Source of the DNA: Horticoccus luteus
GTDB lineage: Bacteria > Verrucomicrobiota > Verrucomicrobiia > Opitutales > Opitutaceae
Assembly (NCBI RefSeq): GCF_019464535.1
Contig: NZ_CP080507.1
Span: 3,150,001 to 3,182,000, forward strand
Length of the DNA stretch: 32,000 nucleotides
Direction: 5' to 3'
Shown here: positions 1 through 10,260 of the stretch, in pieces
How positions within the stretch are numbered: the stretch's first letter is position 1
How the letters are laid out: each line of letters starts with the position of its first letter
Program-made: the position numbers and the translations under genes
The notes under the pieces: generated by a model
The model's input: only the letters and a program-made list of their open reading frames with translations
The model's database searches: none
What the model was told of the DNA's origin: nothing

Positions 1-54
1 GGCAAGGGCGGCATTCACGGCTTCCGGTTTCACTTTGGCTTTCTTGGCTTTCAT
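1..54 (-). CDS. 5' end of an unidentified gene running off the window (N-terminus MKAKKAKVKPEAVNAALA)
   Basis: The reverse complement of 1-54 reads ATG AAA GCC AAG AAA GCC AAA GTG..., with the genome-typical GCC/AAG codon choice. It is divergent from the DMT gene. Only 18 codons are visible, so no family can be assigned. Confidence 0.3.
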   Translation of the reverse strand, partial: MKAKKAKVKPEAVNAALA

Positions 55-141
55 GGGCGGGAGAACTAGAGGGGCGCTCCCGCGTTTCGCCACAAAAAAC
101 CTTCGCGTCCTGCGCCCGGCTGCCTTCCCGTCGCCGTCTCG

Positions 142-1071
142 ATGTTCGCCGCCTTCCTCGCCGCGTTCTTCTTTGCGCTCAACGCCACCTGCGCCACCCA
201 CAGCGTGCGGGCGAGCGGCGCGCTGCGCGCCAACCTCGGCCGGCTCGTCGTCGCGGCGGTCGTCCTCGGCCTCTTCGCCCACACGCTCGGTCGCGGTTTC
301 GCCAGCGCGAGCGTGCCGTGGTTTTTTCTGAGCGGCGTCATCGGCATGGGCCTGGGCGACCTCGGCGTTTACGGCGCGCTGCCCCTCCTCGGGTCGCGTC
401 TCACCGTGCTCATGACCCAGTGCCTCGCCGCGCCGATCGCCGCCCTCGGCGAATGGTGGTGGCTCGGCACCCGCCTCACCGTCACGCAAATGTTCTGGGG
501 GCTCCTCATCCTCGCGAGCGTCGCCATCGCCCTCACCCCCAGTAAACGCCACCCGCCTCGCGTGAAAATCCGCCCGCTAGGTTTTCTCTTCGGCCTTCTC
601 GCCGCGGCTGGCCAAGGCCTCGGCGCCCTCGTCAGCCGCAAAGGCGTGACCGTTGCCGACGCCGCCGGCGAAGCCGCCCACGCCGCCAGTTTCGGCCTCA
701 CCGCCGCTTACTACCGCATCCTCGCCGGCCTCGCTTTCGTCGCCCTTTGGTTCGTCGTCCTCCGCCTCCTCCACCGCCTTCCCGCCGCACCCGCACCGCA
801 GGCCCGTTCTAATCTATTGGGTTACACCTTTCCCGCCGCGCGACTTTGGATTTTGATCAACGGCTTCGTCGGTCCCGTGCTCGGCGTCGGGTGCTATCAG
901 TGGGCGCTGGCGACCGCGCCGAGCGGCCTCGTCCTCCCCATCGCCGCCACCGCCCCGCTCCTCGCCATCCCCATCGCCTATTTTTTCGAGGGCGACCGAC
1001 CCCCACGCCGCGCGATTTTCGGCGGCGTCCTCGCCGTGGCCGGTTGCATCGCGCTCACCGCCGCGCGTTGA
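142..1071 (+). CDS. DMT/EamA-like multi-pass membrane permease
   Basis: The 309-aa ORF has about 10 hydrophobic helices and a Gly/Ala/Leu-rich two-halves organisation typical of drug/metabolite transporter (EamA) proteins. GC3 is high. An in-frame stop at 67-69 with no alternative start before 142 fixes the start. Confidence 0.75.
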   Translation: MFAAFLAAFFFALNATCATHSVRASGALRANLGRLVVAAVVLGLFAHTLGRGFASASVPWFFLSGVIGMGLGDLGVYGALPLLGSRLTVLMTQCLAAPIAALGEWWWLGTRLTVTQMFWGLLILASVAIALTPSKRHPPRVKIRPLGFLFGLLAAAGQGLGALVSRKGVTVADAAGEAAHAASFGLTAAYYRILAGLAFVALWFVVLRLLHRLPAAPAPQARSNLLGYTFPAARLWILINGFVGPVLGVGCYQWALATAPSGLVLPIAATAPLLAIPIAYFFEGDRPPRRAIFGGVLAVAGCIALTAAR

Positions 1072-1227
1072 CCGCTCGCTCGCGCCCCGGGTAAACCGCC
1101 TGGCTGCCACGCGTCGCCGACACCTCGCGCCATCCTTTTTGCTCAACGTCGGAAATACCCGGACCGCCGCTGAATCTCACGCCGACGTTGACGAATCCGC
1201 CTTAGCCCGGTCTGTTGGGCGGTTTCG

Positions 1228-3102
<1,875 letters not shown>

Positions 3103-3208
3103 CCGCGCGCCCCCGGCAACAGCCAGCGCGCCCGCCTCACGTCCTCGCCGGGAAACCCAACTCCGCTCGGGCTTCGACCACGTTGCGCAGTGGCCTTAGC
3201 GCAGCCGC

Positions 3209-3236
3209 AAAACGCGGACCGAAGGCCGCGTTTCCG
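3209..3236 (-). terminator. Intrinsic terminator downstream of the thymidine phosphorylase gene
   Basis: AAACGCGG (3210-3217) pairs with CCGCGTTT (3226-3233), with two further C:G pairs across an A bulge. Read on the minus strand it is followed by TTTTG. It sits about 64 nt past the deoA stop, in the convergent gap with the ABC-F gene. Confidence 0.55.
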
Positions 3237-3296
3237 TCAGGCCGCGACCTTGCCAGCGCGTGCTGACCGCTCGGCCTCTCGGGGCCGAATCGCCCA

Positions 3297-4601
3297 TCAG
3301 CGAATCAACTCTTCGATCAATTTCGGCGCCGCGACCTTCGCCTCGCCGATGACGATCGCGCGTGTGAGCATGGCCGATACCTCGCTCAGCGCCTGCTCGT
3401 CGTTCGCGTGGACGATACACAAGGGCGCGCCCGCGCTCACCCGTTCGCCGATCTTCGCCAACGCGCTCACCCCCACCGCCGGATCCACCCGATCGTCCGC
3501 CTTGGCCCGGCCTGCACCGAGACGAAGCGCCGCCAGCGCGACGCCCATCGCGTCTACTTCCTGCACATAACCGTCGCCCGCCGCGGCGATCGCCCGCTGC
3601 AACCTTGCCTGTGGCAGCCGCGACGGATCATCGATTGCGCCCGCCTCGCCGCCCTGCGCCGCCACAATCTCGCGAAACTTCGCCAGCGCCGCGCCGCTCG
3701 CAATCACCCCTTCCAGCTTCCCGCGCGCTTCCGCTTCCGTCCGCGCCACCCCGCCCAGCACCAACATCTGCTCACCGAGCGCGAACGTCACCTCCATCAA
3801 ATCCGCCGGCCCCTCGCCCCGCAGGCAGGCGATCGACTCGGCGACTTCCAACGCGTTGCCCACCGCATGCCCCAGCGGCTGTTCCATCGCGGTCAGGAGG
3901 GCGCGCACGTTTTTTCCGCCCGCCCGGCCCACGCTCACCAACGATTCCGCCAGCCGCCGCGCCTCCGCCTTCGTTTTCATGAACGCACCCCGCCCGAACT
4001 TCACATCGAGCACGAGCGCGTCGATGCCCTCGGCGAGTTTCTTTGAGAGGATGGAACCGCAAATCAGCGGAATGCATTCCACCGTGGCGGTCACGTCCCG
4101 CAGCGCGTAAAGCTTCTTGTCGGCCGGCGCCAGATCCTTGGTCTGGCCGATCAAAGCACAGCCGAGCTTCGCCACCTGCGCGCAGTAAGCGTCGAGCGAT
4201 AGATCCGTCCGGAAACCCGGGATCGATTCCAGCTTGTCGAGCGTCCCGCCCGAGTGCCCGAGGCCGCGCCCGCTGATCATCGGCACCGGCACCCCGCACG
4301 CGACGACCATGGGCGCGAGTGGAATGGAAACTTTGTCGCCCACGCCGCCGGTCGAGTGCTTGTCCACTTTCACTCCGCGGACCGCGGTGAGATCCGCGAC
4401 CGTGCCGGAACGCATCATGGCATCCGTGTAATGCGCGGTTTCCTCCGGTGTCATCCCGCGCAGGAAAATCGCCATCAACAACGCACTGAGCTGATAATCC
4501 GCCCACGAACCATCGGTCGCACCGCGCACGAAAGCGTTGATCTCGTCGCGCGTCAGCGCGTGCCCATCGCGCTTCCGCGCGATCACATGTTGGGGAAACA
4601 T
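3297..4601 (-). CDS. deoA: Thymidine phosphorylase / pyrimidine-nucleoside phosphorylase
   Basis: The 434-aa protein shows the N-terminus IARKRDGHALTRDEINAFV, DYQLSALLMAIFLRGM, the phosphate-binding KHSTGGVGDK, SGRGLGHSGGTLDKLESIPGF and the C-terminal PYNP domain. These are collinear with the DeoA/Pdp family. Confidence 0.93.
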   Translation of the reverse strand: MFPQHVIARKRDGHALTRDEINAFVRGATDGSWADYQLSALLMAIFLRGMTPEETAHYTDAMMRSGTVADLTAVRGVKVDKHSTGGVGDKVSIPLAPMVVACGVPVPMISGRGLGHSGGTLDKLESIPGFRTDLSLDAYCAQVAKLGCALIGQTKDLAPADKKLYALRDVTATVECIPLICGSILSKKLAEGIDALVLDVKFGRGAFMKTKAEARRLAESLVSVGRAGGKNVRALLTAMEQPLGHAVGNALEVAESIACLRGEGPADLMEVTFALGEQMLVLGGVARTEAEARGKLEGVIASGAALAKFREIVAAQGGEAGAIDDPSRLPQARLQRAIAAAGDGYVQEVDAMGVALAALRLGAGRAKADDRVDPAVGVSALAKIGERVSAGAPLCIVHANDEQALSEVSAMLTRAIVIGEAKVAAPKLIEELIR

Positions 4602-4675
4602 GCCGCCAGTCTTTCAGGCCCCCGCGCCGGCGGCAAATCCGTAAGCGCGCCCCGCTCCGCGAATTCCGTCTCCGC

Positions 4676-5224
4676 TTATTTCGCCCCGCGCCACGCCGCG
4701 CGCGCCCGTTGAAACGGCGAGCGCACCGAAGCCGCCACACTCCGCCCACCCGCCGCTGACGCGACGCAAACGGCCCCCGTCTCCACCGCTTTTTCCTGTC
4801 CCTCCAGCCGCGCCTCACGCTCCGCCAGCGCCGCTTCCCGCGCTTGAAGCGCTGCCTCGTGCTCCTGCATCGCCTGGCGATCGTCGCGCAGCGCGGCGCT
4901 CTCCGCTTCCAGAAGCTCCCGCGCGCGATGCAGCTTTTCCCAGCCCGCGCGCAATGCCGCCGCCTCGCCTGGCACATCGGCCGCTGCAAACGGCGCCCGC
5001 GTCGGCGTGACCGCCCCGCGCGGCCCCGCTTCCAGCCGCGCCTGCCACTCCCGAAGCCTCGCTTCGTAGGCGCGCAAATTCTCTTCTCGCACGCGCAACG
5101 CCTCGAGATCCTCCCGCACGAGCAAACGCGCAGCGTCGGTCTCGTGCGCAGCCGACAACGGTGCGGACGACACCTTTCGCGCGAATCTTAACGAACTGGA
5201 AGGCGGCGTGAAAGAGGTGCTCAT
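4676..5224 (-). CDS. Hypothetical coiled-coil protein (Glu/Ala/Leu/Arg-rich)
   Basis: The 182-aa ORF almost exactly fills the gap between deoA and the ABC permease gene. It has heptad-like stretches (EALRVREENLRAYEARLREWQARLE; EAALQAREAALAEREARLEGQEK). GC3 is high but skewed to G-ending codons, unlike the C-ending neighbours. No domain was recognised. Confidence 0.45.
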   Translation of the reverse strand: MSTSFTPPSSSLRFARKVSSAPLSAAHETDAARLLVREDLEALRVREENLRAYEARLREWQARLEAGPRGAVTPTRAPFAAADVPGEAAALRAGWEKLHRARELLEAESAALRDDRQAMQEHEAALQAREAALAEREARLEGQEKAVETGAVCVASAAGGRSVAASVRSPFQRARAAWRGAK

Positions 5225-5340
5225 GGCGACTCGTGCATCCTACCGGATCGCCCCGGCTCCGCCTAGAGGCACGGCCCGGTTTTACCGCGCGTTTACCGTG
5301 CGCCCGTCACCTTTCGTCAAAACTTTACGCCTCGCGCGCC

Positions 5341-6567
5341 TCAACTCCGGAAAATCACGCTCTCGCGATTGAACATCCGCACCGCCACCGCCAGCGCGAC
5401 TCCTGCATAGACACAGGACGATCCGAAGATCAGCGCGATGTAGTGCCAGTGCCAGATCCCGGACAGCATCTCTTTGCACACCAGCGAAAGATTCAACAGC
5501 GGCACCAGCGCGAGTTGCGCATTGAGATCGATGCCCGGCAGCATCCCGATCACCGCCGGCATGATCACCACGATCATCATCGGCGCCACATAGCTTTGCG
5601 CTTCTTTGTAACTCTTCGCGAACAGCGCGACGGTGAAGATCACCGCGGAAAACAACACCGCGACCGGCAGCACCATCGCCAGCACGCCCACCAGCCCCAG
5701 CGGATCGATCATCGGAATCACCGCGTTCGACTTCACCGCCCCCGCCGCCGCCTTCGCACCGGCGCCAGCGAATAACGTGCCCGCCATCATCGCCGTCGTC
5801 CCCAGCGAAAGCAGCATGAAGACCATCGCCGAAATGGAGCCCGTCAGCACCATGAGGAATTTGCCCAGCACAATCTCCACCCGCGCCACCGGACTGCACA
5901 GCAGCGTTTCCATCGTGCCGCGCTCCTTCTCGCCCGCGGTGAGATCGATCGCCGGATACATCGCCCCCGTGAAACACAGGATGATGATGAGATACGGCAC
6001 GATGCCGCCAAACATGTTGCCACCCACTTTCTCCGGCGGCGCCACGTTCTCGCGCTTGAAATCGAACGGCTTCACCAGCGATGCCGGCAGCCCGCGTTCC
6101 TTCAATCGCTCCACCGCCGTCTGATCGCGCAGCGTCCGCAAAAAGTTCTCCACCTCCGACACGCCCAACTGCGACTTCAGCTCACCTTCGTAATAATATA
6201 TCGCCACCGCCGGCGCCTCGCCGCGTTTCAAACCGGCCTCAAAACCCTCCGGCAATTGCACCGCCGCCCGCAGCCTCTTGTCCGTGATCTGCTGCTTCCA
6301 ATCCGGCGCCGCCGGGACGACCTTGAGGCTTTTCGCCGACTTGAATTGCGCCACGACTTCCGGCGAATCTGCGCCGCCGAGCACGGCGATGGCTGGAGTC
6401 TCGGCCCGGGCCTTGTTGATCACGCTCGACGCGATCTTACCCACGCCAAACGTCAGCAACGGGATCACCAGCACCGGGATGATGATCGTCGACAACAACG
6501 TCCGCCGGTCGCGCAGCGCATCGATGAGTTCCTTCCGGTAAACCGTGAAGATGTTGTGGACGTTCAT
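5341..6567 (-). CDS. ABC-2 type exporter permease, NatB-like (N-terminal TM, large external loop, C-terminal 5-TM bundle)
   Basis: I trimmed the start to ATG 6567 ([24 protein letters not shown]), which overlaps the upstream ATPase stop as ATGA. The TAGEKERGTMETLL motif and the topology are typical of NatB-family permeases. The 65-codon N-terminal extension in the ORF track is Arg/Gly-rich and overlaps the ATPase gene. Confidence 0.85.
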   Translation of the reverse strand: MNVHNIFTVYRKELIDALRDRRTLLSTIIIPVLVIPLLTFGVGKIASSVINKARAETPAIAVLGGADSPEVVAQFKSAKSLKVVPAAPDWKQQITDKRLRAAVQLPEGFEAGLKRGEAPAVAIYYYEGELKSQLGVSEVENFLRTLRDQTAVERLKERGLPASLVKPFDFKRENVAPPEKVGGNMFGGIVPYLIIILCFTGAMYPAIDLTAGEKERGTMETLLCSPVARVEIVLGKFLMVLTGSISAMVFMLLSLGTTAMMAGTLFAGAGAKAAAGAVKSNAVIPMIDPLGLVGVLAMVLPVAVLFSAVIFTVALFAKSYKEAQSYVAPMMIVVIMPAVIGMLPGIDLNAQLALVPLLNLSLVCKEMLSGIWHWHYIALIFGSSCVYAGVALAVAVRMFNRESVIFRS

Positions 6568-7307
6568 GCTGCCTCCTCCGTGCCCACGGCTTTGACGAAT
6601 ACTTCCTCCAAATCCTGCTCGCCGTATCGCGTGCGCAACTCCGCCGGCGTCCCCTCCGCGCAAAGTTTGCCGTCGTGGATGATCCCGACCTTGTCGCAGA
6701 GCTTCTCCACCTCGCTCATCACGTGCGTGGAATAGATCACCGTCTTCCCGCGATCCCGGCACTCCCGCACAAATTTCACGATCGCGCGCGCCGTCATTAC
6801 GTCCAGCCCGAGCGTCGGCTCATCGAAAATCATCACCGCCGGATCGTGCACCAGCGTGCGGGCGATTGACGTCTTCTGCTTCATGCCCGTGGAAAACTTA
6901 TCACACCGGCGATCGAGAAATTCATGCATGCCGAGCTGGTCCGCCAGAAGCTGCGTGCGCGCTCGCACCGCCGCGTCCGACAAGCCGTTCAGCCGCCCGA
7001 AATACGCGATCATCTCGCGCGCCGTCAGCCGCGCATATAATGCCGTGCTCGCGCCCAAAAAACCCACGTGCGCCCGCACCTTCGCCGGCTCCGCCAGGAC
7101 ATCGAAACCCGCCACCGTCGCCGTGCCCGCGGTCGGCCGCAGAAGCGTGGCGAGCAGGCGCAGCGTGGTCGTTTTGCCCGCGCCGTTCGCCCCGAGGAGG
7201 CCATAAATGCGGCCGGGCTCGCACGTGAAACTCACGTCATCCACCGCCCGGATCGCCCCGCGCTTTTTGTCGTGGAACACCTTCGAAAGATTGCGGGCGT
7301 TGATCAT
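6564..7307 (-). CDS. ABC transporter ATP-binding protein, NatA-like
   Basis: I trimmed the start to ATG 7307 ([22 protein letters not shown]). Walker A is GANGAGKTT, the signature is FSTGMKQK and Walker B is [11 protein letters not shown], followed by an H-loop STH. ATGA overlaps occur at both ends. Confidence 0.93.
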   Translation of the reverse strand: MINARNLSKVFHDKKRGAIRAVDDVSFTCEPGRIYGLLGANGAGKTTTLRLLATLLRPTAGTATVAGFDVLAEPAKVRAHVGFLGASTALYARLTAREMIAYFGRLNGLSDAAVRARTQLLADQLGMHEFLDRRCDKFSTGMKQKTSIARTLVHDPAVMIFDEPTLGLDVMTARAIVKFVRECRDRGKTVIYSTHVMSEVEKLCDKVGIIHDGKLCAEGTPAELRTRYGEQDLEEVFVKAVGTEEAA

Positions 7308-7501
7308 GGGCGGCGCGCCTGGTTTTCTTCGTTCCTCCCGGCCGCGAGCATCGCCGCCGTCACGCCCGTGCCGATCGCGCAACCCATCGCCACGCCCAGC
7401 GACTTGCTGATGGCCCAGCCGATCCCGAGCCCCACCGCGGCGGCGGTCAGCCCCCGCCACCGGCAGCGCACCAGCGTGTTTTTTTGGATGATTCTTTTCA
7501 T
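7304..7501 (-). CDS. 65-aa glycine-zipper membrane microprotein
   Basis: The sequence is [65 protein letters not shown]. It has a basic N-terminus followed by GxxxG/A repeats. The ATG lies 14 nt after the response-regulator stop, and its stop overlaps the ATPase ATG (ATGA). No homology check was possible. Confidence 0.5.
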   Translation of the reverse strand: MKRIIQKNTLVRCRWRGLTAAAVGLGIGWAISKSLGVAMGCAIGTGVTAAMLAAGRNEENQARRP

Positions 7502-7515
7502 GGCAAAGCGGTCGC

Positions 7516-8256
7516 TCACAGACTCATTTTCTCGCGAAATTCCTGCGCCTGCCGGCGGCTGAGCTCGATCTGCGAGCCGCCCTTCAGATGCACCAGCAAA
7601 CCGCCGCTGAACCACGGCTCGATCTTGTCGATCCACGCGAGGTTGATGATCTGCCGCCGGTTGGCGCGGAAAAAATATTTCGGGTCCAGCCGCTCCTCCA
7701 TCGCGTTGAGCGAGCGGAAAAGCTGCGGCTGCGCGCCGTCGAAATGCACCCGGGTGTAATTGCCCTCACTCTCCAGCAAGCGGATCGATTTCACCTCGAC
7801 GAACCAGCAACGATCGCCCTCGCGCACGAACACTTTGTCGTCGGCCGCGAGGCGGTCGCGCGCCGCGCTCTCCGGCGCAGATGTCGCGCCGTCCGCACTC
7901 CCCGCCACCTTTTGCCGCAGCCGCTCGATCGCCGTCGCCAGGCGCGCCGGATCCACCGGTTTCAAGAGGTAGTCGAGCGCGTTGAGCTCAAAGGCCTTGA
8001 CGGCAAACTCATCGTAGGCGGTCGTGAAAATCACGTGCGGCACCGGCGGCTCGAGCGAGGCGAGCAAGTCCATGCCTGTCTCGCCCGGCATCTGCACGTC
8101 GAGAAAAAGCAGTTCCGGCTGCAACGCCGCGAGCTGTTCCCGCGCCTGCTTGCTGTTCGCCGCTTCTCCCACCACGTCCACGTCGGCAAACACGCTCACC
8201 AACCGCTTCAGTTCGTTGCGCGCGAGGCGCTCGTCATCGATGATCAGGGCTTTCAT
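7516..8256 (-). CDS. LytR/AlgR-family response regulator (REC + LytTR DNA-binding domain)
   Basis: The receiver domain shows MKALIIDDERLARNELK and the phospho-acceptor context LLFLDVQMPGETG. The C-terminal LytTR-like segment shows VKSIRLLESEGNYTRVHF, FFRANRRQIINL and LSRRQAQEFR. Confidence 0.93.
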   Translation of the reverse strand: MKALIIDDERLARNELKRLVSVFADVDVVGEAANSKQAREQLAALQPELLFLDVQMPGETGMDLLASLEPPVPHVIFTTAYDEFAVKAFELNALDYLLKPVDPARLATAIERLRQKVAGSADGATSAPESAARDRLAADDKVFVREGDRCWFVEVKSIRLLESEGNYTRVHFDGAQPQLFRSLNAMEERLDPKYFFRANRRQIINLAWIDKIEPWFSGGLLVHLKGGSQIELSRRQAQEFREKMSL

Positions 8257-9386
8257 GCGCGTGAGATCTGGCTGGGCAGGATCACTTCCGCGACGACTTG
8301 CGCAGCGTCATCCGCTCGCAATCGCAGCGAAGCCTTTTCGCCGAAAAACAACCGCAGCCGCTCGGCCGCATTGCGCAACCCCAGCCCCGTCGACCCGCCC
8401 GTCGTGCCGCCCGCTCCCGCCGGACGCAGCTCGCCGGGATTCGTTACGCGCAATCGCAATTGCCCACCGGCGCACGCCGCCTCGATCAGAATCTCGCCGC
8501 CTTCCGGCCGCGGCGAAATGCCGTATTTCACCGCGTTTTCGACCAGCGTCTGGAGCAGCAGCGGGGGAAATGACAACCCCAGCGTCTCCGGCGCGACATC
8601 AAGCCGCACCCGCAGCCGCTCCTCGTGCCGCACCTGCTCCAACGCCAGGTAGTCGTTGACCACCCGCAGCTCGTCCTCAAACGGCACCGACTCGCATTGC
8701 GCCGACTGCAACGAATAGCGCAGCAAGTTCGCGAGTTGCGTCACCGCCAGCCGCGCCCGCGCCGGATCCTCGTCGATCAACGCCCGCAGCGAATTCAACG
8801 CGTTGAAGATGAAATGCGGATTCACCTGCGACTTCAGCGCCCGCAGCTCGGCGTCCTTCACCGTCGCCATCAATTGCAGGCGCTCGATCTCCGACCGGTT
8901 GAAACGATCGAACAACTGGTAGATGAAATAGACGCACATCCAGCCGACGATCAGCACCGTTCCATTGATGACGCTGATCGTGCAGAACAACCAGACGCTG
9001 TGCTTGGATTCCCACGGCAGTTGCAGCGCCCCGTAGGTGTAGCCGTAGCCGATCGCCGTCCAGGCCACCGACAGCAAAAAGGAAAACAGCAACACTCGCG
9101 GCACCAGCGCGCGCCAGCCCAGTTGCTTCCAGCCCCATCGCTTCATTACCACGCGCGCCGCGTGGGTGAGCAACACGCCCAGTGCGACGACCATCACCGT
9201 GATCGCCACGGTGCGCCACGGATCGCCCGCTTCCGACGTCGTGGCGAAGACAAACGAAAACACGAGTTGCAGGACCAGAAAAGCGCCCCATCCAAAAGCC
9301 TGACAGAACACATACAGCCGCTCCTTCTGCCGCTCACGGCGCGCCCCGTCCTGCAACAACACTTCTGTGCGCGTTAAATTTTCCAT
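8253..9386 (-). CDS. LytS/YehU-type sensor histidine kinase (multi-TM N-terminus, His_kinase + HATPase_c)
   Basis: I trimmed the start to ATG 9386 (MENLTRTEVLL). There are 4-6 TM helices with no obvious periplasmic domain. The H-box is VNPHFIFNALNSL, the N-box is LLQTLVENAVKYG and the G-box is TGGSTGLGLRN. Its stop overlaps the regulator ATG (ATGA). Confidence 0.9.
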   Translation of the reverse strand: MENLTRTEVLLQDGARRERQKERLYVFCQAFGWGAFLVLQLVFSFVFATTSEAGDPWRTVAITVMVVALGVLLTHAARVVMKRWGWKQLGWRALVPRVLLFSFLLSVAWTAIGYGYTYGALQLPWESKHSVWLFCTISVINGTVLIVGWMCVYFIYQLFDRFNRSEIERLQLMATVKDAELRALKSQVNPHFIFNALNSLRALIDEDPARARLAVTQLANLLRYSLQSAQCESVPFEDELRVVNDYLALEQVRHEERLRVRLDVAPETLGLSFPPLLLQTLVENAVKYGISPRPEGGEILIEAACAGGQLRLRVTNPGELRPAGAGGTTGGSTGLGLRNAAERLRLFFGEKASLRLRADDAAQVVAEVILPSQISRA

Positions 9387-9486
9387 CGACACCGCCAGCT
9401 TACAACAGCCGCGCCGGCCCAGCGCAAACTTTGGACAAGCGGTTGCGCCACCCTGACGAACGGCGAACGCCTGCGCTCTGCGCGCC

Positions 9487-10182
9487 TCAAGCGCCCGCGG
9501 CGACCAGCACCTTGCGCGCCGGAAAATCCAAATCAAACGGTTCGTCCGCCGCCGGCGCGTGATACGTGCTGATGATCGCATACCGATCCTTGCCCGCCGT
9601 GTTCCGCGTTGAACCGTGCACGAGCCGGTCGGAAAAGATGATGGCGCTCCCGCGTTTGATCGCACACGTCACCACGTCGCCCTCGCGCCAGTCGCCATTG
9701 CTGACCTCGTCTCCAAATTCCCCGTTCGGCAGGCCTTTCTTCACCATCTGCCAGTCGCGTTTGTGACTGCCCGGCACGACCGTCAGCGTTCCGTTCTCCG
9801 CTGCGGCATCGTCGAGCGGGATCCACACCGAAAGTTTCGGCCGCGTGTTGCGCCAATAGAAACAGTCGATGTGCCACGGCGTGGAAAACGTTTTGTCGGC
9901 TGACTTGTAGACCAGCTTGTCGCTCATGAACATCACGCCGTGCGGCATCACTTGCCGCAGCGGTGCAACGAGCCGCGGATCCTCCGCCAGCGCGCGAAAT
10001 GCCGCGCTCGCCACCGCCACGTGCAGAAAAACCGACGCCCCCGGCTTCGCCTTTTCCGCCAGCAGCCGCTGCGCCTCGGTTTTCAATGTGTCGCATTCCT
10101 TGGCACTGAGAAGCTCGGACAAAATCACGAAACCGTCGCGCTCGTAACGCGCCGCGAGATCGGCAGGCAGGTGGGTTTTCAT
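9487..10182 (-). CDS. Fe(II)/2-oxoglutarate dioxygenase, phytanoyl-CoA dioxygenase (PhyH) family
   Basis: The 231-aa protein has the N-terminus YERDGFVILSELLS, the facial triad context TPWHIDCFYW (HxD), LSVWIPLDD, NGTLTVVPGSHK and a distal His in FSDRLVHGSTRN. Confidence 0.85.
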   Translation of the reverse strand: MKTHLPADLAARYERDGFVILSELLSAKECDTLKTEAQRLLAEKAKPGASVFLHVAVASAAFRALAEDPRLVAPLRQVMPHGVMFMSDKLVYKSADKTFSTPWHIDCFYWRNTRPKLSVWIPLDDAAAENGTLTVVPGSHKRDWQMVKKGLPNGEFGDEVSNGDWREGDVVTCAIKRGSAIIFSDRLVHGSTRNTAGKDRYAIISTYHAPAADEPFDLDFPARKVLVAAGA

Positions 10183-10223
10183 GGTTAAAGCGAGCCACTC
10201 TAAGCGTTCCCGCCGCTTTCGTC

Positions 10224-10251
10224 TTTAGCAGCGAGGAAACTTTGTTTAGCA
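10224..10251. promoter_or_regulatory. Direct repeat TTTAGCA-N14-TTTAGCA in the PhyH/AraC divergent promoter region (candidate AraC operator)
   Basis: Identical AT-rich 7-mers lie at 10224-10230 and 10245-10251, with a 21-bp centre-to-centre spacing (two helical turns). They sit in the 78-bp gap between divergent genes. AraC-family proteins typically bind direct repeats with this periodicity. Confidence 0.35.
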
Positions 10252-10260
10252 AATCTCGCC

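Noticed and set aside
3772-4989. 405-aa Arg-rich minus-strand ORF overlapping deoA out of frame, plus other R/P-rich ORFs such as 1215-2333, 7588-8652, 10242-10982, 19786-20436 and 31074-31964
   Set aside because: These are out-of-frame or antisense products of GC-rich coding DNA. Their extreme Arg/Pro content gives no plausible fold, and each overlaps a confidently assigned gene.
6568-6762. N-terminal extensions offered by the ORF track for natB-like, natA-like, the kinase, murA, ruvB, SPS, SPP::GH100, SDR, PhyH-2 and Bcp-like genes
   Set aside because: The extensions are Arg/Gly-rich, overlap the upstream gene, and precede internal ATGs that give canonical family N-termini, often with ATGA coupling. 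The shorter starts were used.
9487-10182. Possibility that the PhyH-family genes are ectoine hydroxylases (EctD) or halogenases
   Set aside because: The extended EctD signature around the iron-binding His/Asp is not present (the sequences here are TPWHIDCFYW and TPWHADQYYW). The carboxylate ligand (HxD) is retained, so a halogenase (HxA/G) is excluded. They are left as generic PhyH-family dioxygenases.
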